A DNA stretch of 20,000 nt, from IMG/VR virus record IMGVR_UViG_3300023184_000108, one strand, 5' to 3'. The position numbers and the translations under genes are program-made. The DNA is from an uncultured virus (IMG/VR IMGVR_UViG_3300023184_000108) (taxonomy: Duplodnaviria; Heunggongvirae; Uroviricota; Caudoviricetes). Numbering within the stretch: position 1 is the stretch's first letter; every line of letters starts with the position of its first letter. Below are positions 15,541 through 20,000 of the stretch, one piece after another. The notes beneath the pieces are model-generated. The model was not told the DNA's origin. It did no database searches and worked only from the letters and a program-made list of their open reading frames with translations.

Positions 15541-15807
15541 ATGCACTACAAAGCTCCCGACAACTCAGTTCACTTTCTTGATGACGATTCTTTTGCTCAT
15601 CTACTTCCCGCTGGCTCAGTTCAAATCACGGATGAAGAAGCTGAGGCACTGCGCCCTGTGTACACACCAACCTACGCAGAAAAACGTGCCGCTGAGTATC
15701 CCTCAATGACTGATTACCTTGATGGTGTAGTCAAAGGCGATCAAGCCCAGATTGATAAATACATAGCTGACTGCTTGGCGGTCAAAGCTAAATACCCAAA
15801 GGTGTAA
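15541..15807 (+). CDS. Putative tail fibre assembly chaperone
   Basis: 88 aa, acidic; ITDEEAEAL and YAEKRAAEYPS..DYLD...AVKAKYPK motifs; directly after a fibre gene. Confidence 0.68.
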   Translation: MHYKAPDNSVHFLDDDSFAHLLPAGSVQITDEEAEALRPVYTPTYAEKRAAEYPSMTDYLDGVVKGDQAQIDKYIADCLAVKAKYPKV

Positions 15808-15810
15808 ACC

Positions 15811-16638
15811 ATGACATTAAAAGCTGACGGTACAAACGGAATTATTCAACAGTACGACTATCAAGTCTTAACGACTGCGTTTACCTACACATTTGCCGCT
15901 GGCACAACCGTATTGGTAATTAACCCCGCTGGTACTTTAGCTACCGGCACAATAACTTTCCCTGCTGCCCCAGTAGATGGAATGACTGTTACGTTTAGCT
16001 CGACTCAGACAATCACTGCGTTGACGTTGGCAGGTAACGGTAAAACAATTGTCAGTGCGGCAACTATATTGCCTGCCAATCAAGCCACAACATACGTCTA
16101 CCGGCTGTCAAATACCTCTTGGTATCCAATGTCTACCGTGGCAACTAACGTGCCTGTAGCGCCTGCTGGCGGCAGCATCATTACATCTGGCACTGCGCAA
16201 GCCTCTACCAGTGGTACAAGCATTGACTTTACTTCTATCCCATCATGGGTTAAGCGGATTACTGTGATGTTTAGCGGTGTTAGTACAAGTGGAACAAGTT
16301 CTATTATTATTAGGCTTGGCACTTCTAGTGGTGTTGAAGCTACAAATTATTTGGGTTCGGGATGGACAGCTAACACATCTAACACACTTAACTCTACAGG
16401 ATTTTTAACTAGTGTTGATACAGCGGCAACAAGCATTTGGCATGGTTCTGCTATTTTAAGTTTAATTACAACAAATACTTTTGTAATGCAAAGTGTTATA
16501 AGTAGGTCTGATGCTGGAACATCAGCATTAGGAAGTGGTTCTAAATCCCTATCAGGCACTCTAGATAGAGTACGCATCACCACAGTTAACGGCACAGATA
16601 CCTTTGACGCTGGTTCAATCAACATTCTTTACGAGTAA
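15811..16638 (+). CDS. Tail fibre / receptor-binding protein
   Basis: 275 aa, Thr/Ser-rich; STSGTSIDFTSIPSWVKRITV...GTLDRVRITTVNGTDTFDAGSINILYE C-terminal domain. Confidence 0.75.
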   Translation: MTLKADGTNGIIQQYDYQVLTTAFTYTFAAGTTVLVINPAGTLATGTITFPAAPVDGMTVTFSSTQTITALTLAGNGKTIVSAATILPANQATTYVYRLSNTSWYPMSTVATNVPVAPAGGSIITSGTAQASTSGTSIDFTSIPSWVKRITVMFSGVSTSGTSSIIIRLGTSSGVEATNYLGSGWTANTSNTLNSTGFLTSVDTAATSIWHGSAILSLITTNTFVMQSVISRSDAGTSALGSGSKSLSGTLDRVRITTVNGTDTFDAGSINILYE

Positions 16639-16643
16639 ACATC

Positions 16644-17039
16644 ATGGCAATCACACTCAACGGAACAACCGGTATTACAACGACAGCCTTGACTTCAACG
16701 GGAGATGTCAGCGATAGCCTTGGCTTGGTTCGCTCTCTGCCTGTTAACTCACAGACTTCTGCTTACATTGTTGCGGCAACGGACAACGGCAGAACAATCT
16801 CCATCACCACTGGTGGTGTGACGATAAACAACTCAATCATGTCTTCGGGTATGGTTGTCTCAATCTACAACAACTCAGGATCTAGCCAAACAATTACGCA
16901 AGGTACAAGTGTGACTTTGCAATGGGCGGGGCAGACATCATCTTCAACAGGTAATAGAACGCTTGGCCTTTATGGTCTTGCAACTATTGTGTTTTTATCT
17001 GCGTCAAGCGCAGTAATCACTGGATCAGGATTGACTTAA
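16644..17039 (+). CDS. Short fibre / adhesin connector protein
   Basis: 131 aa; MAITLNGTTGI...IYNNSGSSQTITQG..VTL...GNRTL..YGLAT; directly before the glycine-rich adhesin. Confidence 0.7.
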   Translation: MAITLNGTTGITTTALTSTGDVSDSLGLVRSLPVNSQTSAYIVAATDNGRTISITTGGVTINNSIMSSGMVVSIYNNSGSSQTITQGTSVTLQWAGQTSSSTGNRTLGLYGLATIVFLSASSAVITGSGLT

Positions 17040-17040
17040 C

Positions 17041-17877
17041 ATGACAATGATGTCCGTCTTAGTTGGGAGTGGGCCGGGCCGTAAGACTCTGTCCTATACG
17101 TATTCAGCGAACACTACTAACGCAAGTTTAGACGTAACTTCTATTTCCGGGTACTCCGCAGGTAAGTCTGACATCACAATTACTGTAAACAGCAGTGTAT
17201 GGGTCTATGCAACTACCACGGCCAACGCTGGCTTGACATTGACTGGTGGTTCAACAGGCGACACAATCACGCTTGTAAATAATGGTTTTATTGCTGGCAT
17301 GGGTGGCAGTCAAGGCAGCGGCGGCGGCGCTGGGGGTGCTGGTGGAACAGCTCTTTCTCTTGGGTTTAATACAACTGTCGATAATACAAATGCCTCTGCT
17401 TATATAGGAGGAGGCGGAGGCGGCGGCGGTGATTTAGTTGGTGGTGGTGGCGCTGGCGGCGGCAGTAGTCAGGGGGCTAGTGGTGGGGCCGTAGGCGTTG
17501 CCGGTGGTGATGCTCCAAATACTTCTTACTCTTCTGGCGGTAAAGGCGGAGGTGCTGGCGGCGGCGGCGGCGGTAGTGGAACAATTTCAAAAGGTAATAG
17601 CGGCGTTGCTTGGGGTGGCGGCGGTGGCAGAATATTTCCCGGAACAGGTGGAGCAGGTGGCGTAAGTACCGGTGGCGGTAGCAACGGCGGCGCTGGTGGT
17701 TCTAGTAATGCTGGGGGTTCTTCAGGTTATGGCGGCGGAGGTGGAGGCTGGGGTGCATCTGCAGGCGCTAGTAGTAGTGGTAGTGCTGGCGCTGGTGGTA
17801 AAGCTGTTGCACTTAATGGAAAAAGTATTACATGGGTTAGTGGCAACACAACGAGAGTCTACGGGAGTGTTTCATGA
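17041..17877 (+). CDS. Glycine-rich adhesin resembling T-even gp38 receptor-recognising protein
   Basis: 278 aa; ITLVNNGFIAGMGG, IGGGGGGG, GGGGGWG, GAGGKAV...W....RVYG match the gp38 polyglycine-sandwich pattern. Confidence 0.72.
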   Translation: MTMMSVLVGSGPGRKTLSYTYSANTTNASLDVTSISGYSAGKSDITITVNSSVWVYATTTANAGLTLTGGSTGDTITLVNNGFIAGMGGSQGSGGGAGGAGGTALSLGFNTTVDNTNASAYIGGGGGGGGDLVGGGGAGGGSSQGASGGAVGVAGGDAPNTSYSSGGKGGGAGGGGGGSGTISKGNSGVAWGGGGGRIFPGTGGAGGVSTGGGSNGGAGGSSNAGGSSGYGGGGGGWGASAGASSSGSAGAGGKAVALNGKSITWVSGNTTRVYGSVS

Positions 17878-18305
17878 GCGACACAATAATCACCAAAGAG
17901 CTTTTAATTGACGCAATGGGTGCTTGTGATGTTGGCCCTACTTTTATTGAAGAAAATAATCTTTGGGGTCAACCTGATGAGTCAGTTATTTGCCCCGCAC
18001 TTAGAGCTGCTGGTTTAAACGATGCTGCAAATTGGTGGCTTAATCAAAAGAAAACAGAAAAATTTGTTCGTTGCAACGGAAAGGTAATTACCATGACAAC
18101 CAAATATCAAGTATTTAATCCACTGACTGGTTTGCACGATCAGTACGCAAATGAAGCAGAAGCAAAAGAAGCTTTAGCTAGAGTTTGTGAAGCCATCATT
18201 GACAACTACAAACCAACAGTTTGCCAAGAGATTACCAACGAAAACGGTGATTCGGCATGGACTTCGGTTGATCTGGTTGCGACCCGAAAAGTAACCATCG
18301 AGTAA
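17874..18305 (+). CDS. Hypothetical protein
   Basis: 143 aa, ATGA overlap with the adhesin gene; possible internal start at MTTKYQVFNP. Confidence 0.68.
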   Translation: MSDTIITKELLIDAMGACDVGPTFIEENNLWGQPDESVICPALRAAGLNDAANWWLNQKKTEKFVRCNGKVITMTTKYQVFNPLTGLHDQYANEAEAKEALARVCEAIIDNYKPTVCQEITNENGDSAWTSVDLVATRKVTIE

Positions 18306-18308
18306 AAA

Positions 18309-18989
18309 ATTGATCCGATCAGTATCCTCTTTGCCGCAAATGCCTGTGTCGCTGCTATTAAGCAAGGATGCAAGCTGTACAAGGATGCTAAAACTTCTTT
18401 CATGGAAGTTAAGAAGACTGTCGATGAAATTGTCTCAGATGCCAAGCAGGTTCGTAGTTTTTGGCAAAAGCTGTTTGGAACAGACCCAGCCCCGTCCAAG
18501 CCTGTGGAGAAAAAGAAGGAAAAGTTCGTTGCCGTTGACGAAACCCAAGTCATGGCAGACATCGTCACTCAGCTTACAAAGCTGTTCAGACTTGAAGAAC
18601 AATTAGCAACGCACATTCGGGAGGCAGAAGAAAAGTCCAGAAACGTCTATGACCCTGATGCCAATCTAATGGAAGCTGCGTTGCAAAGAGTGATGGCGCA
18701 GCAGCAGATGGCAGAACTGATAGTAACGGTCAGAGAAACGATGGTGTACCAATCCCCGCCTGAGTTGGGGGCGCTGTACAGCAAAGTGTTTGAGATGCGA
18801 GAAATCATTGGTCAGGAACAGGAACAGGCAAGGTTTAAACAAGAAGCGCAACAGAGGTACAAGCAATGGCAACGGCAGGAGGCAAAACGAAACCTTCGGG
18901 CAAAGTCAGCGTACCTGATCGTGACTTCTATATTCCTCCTGTACGTTTGGATGTGGCTCCTTCTTCTAAACCGGTGGGGGAAGACGTAA
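18309..18989 (+). CDS. Coiled-coil protein with C-terminal transmembrane helix (lysis module-adjacent); probable ATT start
   Basis: Frame open from 18306; ATT GAT CCG ATC gives (M)DPISILFAANACVAAIKQGCKLYK, 31 codons before the first ATG (18402); C-terminal TM AYLIVTSIFLLYVWMWLLLL. Confidence 0.7.
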   Translation: MDPISILFAANACVAAIKQGCKLYKDAKTSFMEVKKTVDEIVSDAKQVRSFWQKLFGTDPAPSKPVEKKKEKFVAVDETQVMADIVTQLTKLFRLEEQLATHIREAEEKSRNVYDPDANLMEAALQRVMAQQQMAELIVTVRETMVYQSPPELGALYSKVFEMREIIGQEQEQARFKQEAQQRYKQWQRQEAKRNLRAKSAYLIVTSIFLLYVWMWLLLLNRWGKT

Positions 18990-19171
18990 TGGGTTGGGTT
19001 GCTGCTTTGATTTTGGTAGGTTTCCTGTTACCTCTTTTAGGTATGCTGTATCTGGATATTCTGGAAACCAAACATGAAGTCAAGGCGCAGGTGGAAAAAG
19101 TAGAGAAACTCAGGCGAGAGCTTGAACGAAAGGAAAGAGATGATTCCAATAATCGCAACCCTCCTCGGTAG
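18989..19171 (+). CDS. Small protein with N-terminal TM helix and coiled coil (spanin/holin-accessory-like)
   Basis: TAATG overlap; WVAALILVGFLLPLLGMLYL then charged helix. An upstream in-frame ATG at 18866 is an alternative start. Confidence 0.6.
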   Translation: MGWVAALILVGFLLPLLGMLYLDILETKHEVKAQVEKVEKLRRELERKERDDSNNRNPPR

Positions 19172-19652
19172 CCTTGCCCAAAACGGACTAGGGTTACTAT
19201 CTAGCGCCATCCAAGCCAAAGGCAAAGAGGTGGTTGAGAACACGCTTGGCGTGAAGATTCCTGACAACCCCAGCGCAGAAGATGTTGCCAAATTACGGGA
19301 GTTGCAGTTTGCCCATGAGGAAAAGCTCCTAGAGTTGGGTATTGAGAAAGCCAAGATGGAATTGGCTGAGATGGAACTGTTTGCCAAAGCCGCCCAAAAC
19401 GATGCCGACAACATCACGGATCGCTGGGAAGCAGATATGTCTTCAGATTCTTGGCTGTCTAAGAACATTAGACCTATGTCGCTAATTGCTATCTTCTGCG
19501 GGTATTTTCTATTTGCCATGATGTCGGCCTTTGGTTTAAACGCCAACGAGTCCTATGTCTCCTTGCTTGGACAGTGGGGAATGCTGATAATGGGCGCATA
19601 CTTTGGAGGCCGGACAATCGAGAAGCTGGCTGAACTGAAAGGCAAAAAATGA
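19140..19652 (+). CDS. Holin (3-TM, GTA-type holin family)
   Basis: ATG 19140 after AAGGA; ADMSSDSWLSKNIRP followed by two TM segments and AYFGGRTIEK; directly upstream of the endolysin. Confidence 0.75.
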   Translation: MIPIIATLLGSLAQNGLGLLSSAIQAKGKEVVENTLGVKIPDNPSAEDVAKLRELQFAHEEKLLELGIEKAKMELAEMELFAKAAQNDADNITDRWEADMSSDSWLSKNIRPMSLIAIFCGYFLFAMMSAFGLNANESYVSLLGQWGMLIMGAYFGGRTIEKLAELKGKK

Positions 19653-19990
19653 GTTTAAACACAGAACAAGCCGCATTTCTGCTGGACATGTGTAAACTGA
19701 TCCAGTACGCCACAGAACAGGGTTTTGTTGTTACCGGCGGGGAACTTGCCCGTACACCTGAACAGCAAGCAATATATTTCAAAACAGGTCGCTCCAAGAC
19801 CATGAACTCTATACACCTCAAGCGTTGCGCCATAGACTTGAACTTCTTTAAGGATGGGAAGATAATCTGGGACAAGGCAACCATTGCGCCGCTGGGAGCA
19901 TATTGGGAGTCGTTGAACGTCAAAAATCGCTGGGGTGGAAACTTCTCCAATTTGGTGGACTGCCCTCATTTTGAGCGCAACGTGGGTTAA
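19649..19990 (+). CDS. Endolysin, peptidase M15 family (L-Ala-D-Glu/D-Ala-D-Ala type Zn peptidase)
   Basis: RTPEQQ...SIH....AIDL...WGGNF...DCPHFE: SxH-x6-D and DxxH zinc-ligand motifs; catalytic domain only. Confidence 0.88.
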   Translation: MSLNTEQAAFLLDMCKLIQYATEQGFVVTGGELARTPEQQAIYFKTGRSKTMNSIHLKRCAIDLNFFKDGKIIWDKATIAPLGAYWESLNVKNRWGGNFSNLVDCPHFERNVG

Positions 19991-20000
19991 AAATGCCATT

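Noticed and set aside
17300..17800. GGC/GGT runs as microsatellite contingency loci
   Set aside because: Mixed glycine codons; explained by the polyglycine protein.
18310..18606. TTG-started 98-aa ORF right after the 17874 gene
   Set aside because: Overlaps the longer frame that continues into 18402-18989 and has no protein-like features; the ATT frame explains the region better.
343..19999. Numerous alternative-frame and antisense ORFs in the track (e.g. 1401-1958, 5944-6321, 6759-7202, 7494-7964, 19037-19546, 19489-19950)
   Set aside because: They overlap better-supported genes that have RBSs, coupled start/stop junctions and recognisable motifs; typical shadow ORFs.
1..20000. Stop-codon reassignment, introns or inteins
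   Set aside because: Genes tile densely under the standard code with TAA/TGA stops at coupled junctions; both HNH genes are intergenic and no intein motifs were seen.
19993..20000. Start of a next gene (ATG CCA TT)
   Set aside because: Only 8 nt visible; cannot be assigned.

Overview
A 20-kb segment of a tailed dsDNA phage (Caudoviricetes) late/structural region, almost all on the + strand and tightly translationally coupled. Gene order: partial structural gene; major capsid protein (Mu gpT-like family); terminator; a two-gene accessory insert (very acidic protein plus an antisense HNH endonuclease); a sigma70-type promoter and structured RNA leader (resembles the Mu-gpT-DE motif); two large Thr/Gly/Ser-rich virion proteins; a cluster of small Lys/Gly-rich proteins sharing a hydrophobic-x-x-G-G motif and an ADG-A--GKT-G tail; two head-tail adaptor-like proteins and a Zn-ribbon protein; two paralogous structural genes split by an endonuclease VII-type HNH gene; a run of tail fibre/adhesin genes with a chaperone and a gp38-like glycine-rich tip; and a lysis module (membrane proteins, 3-TM holin, M15 peptidase endolysin). 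The most interesting signals are the shared GG/ADG peptide tag on otherwise unrelated basic proteins (candidate sorting or maturation-cleavage system), the kissing-loop RNA leader, the acidic DNA-mimic-like moron, a split DUF5872-like gene and a probable ATT start codon. All family assignments are from recalled motifs, not database searches.
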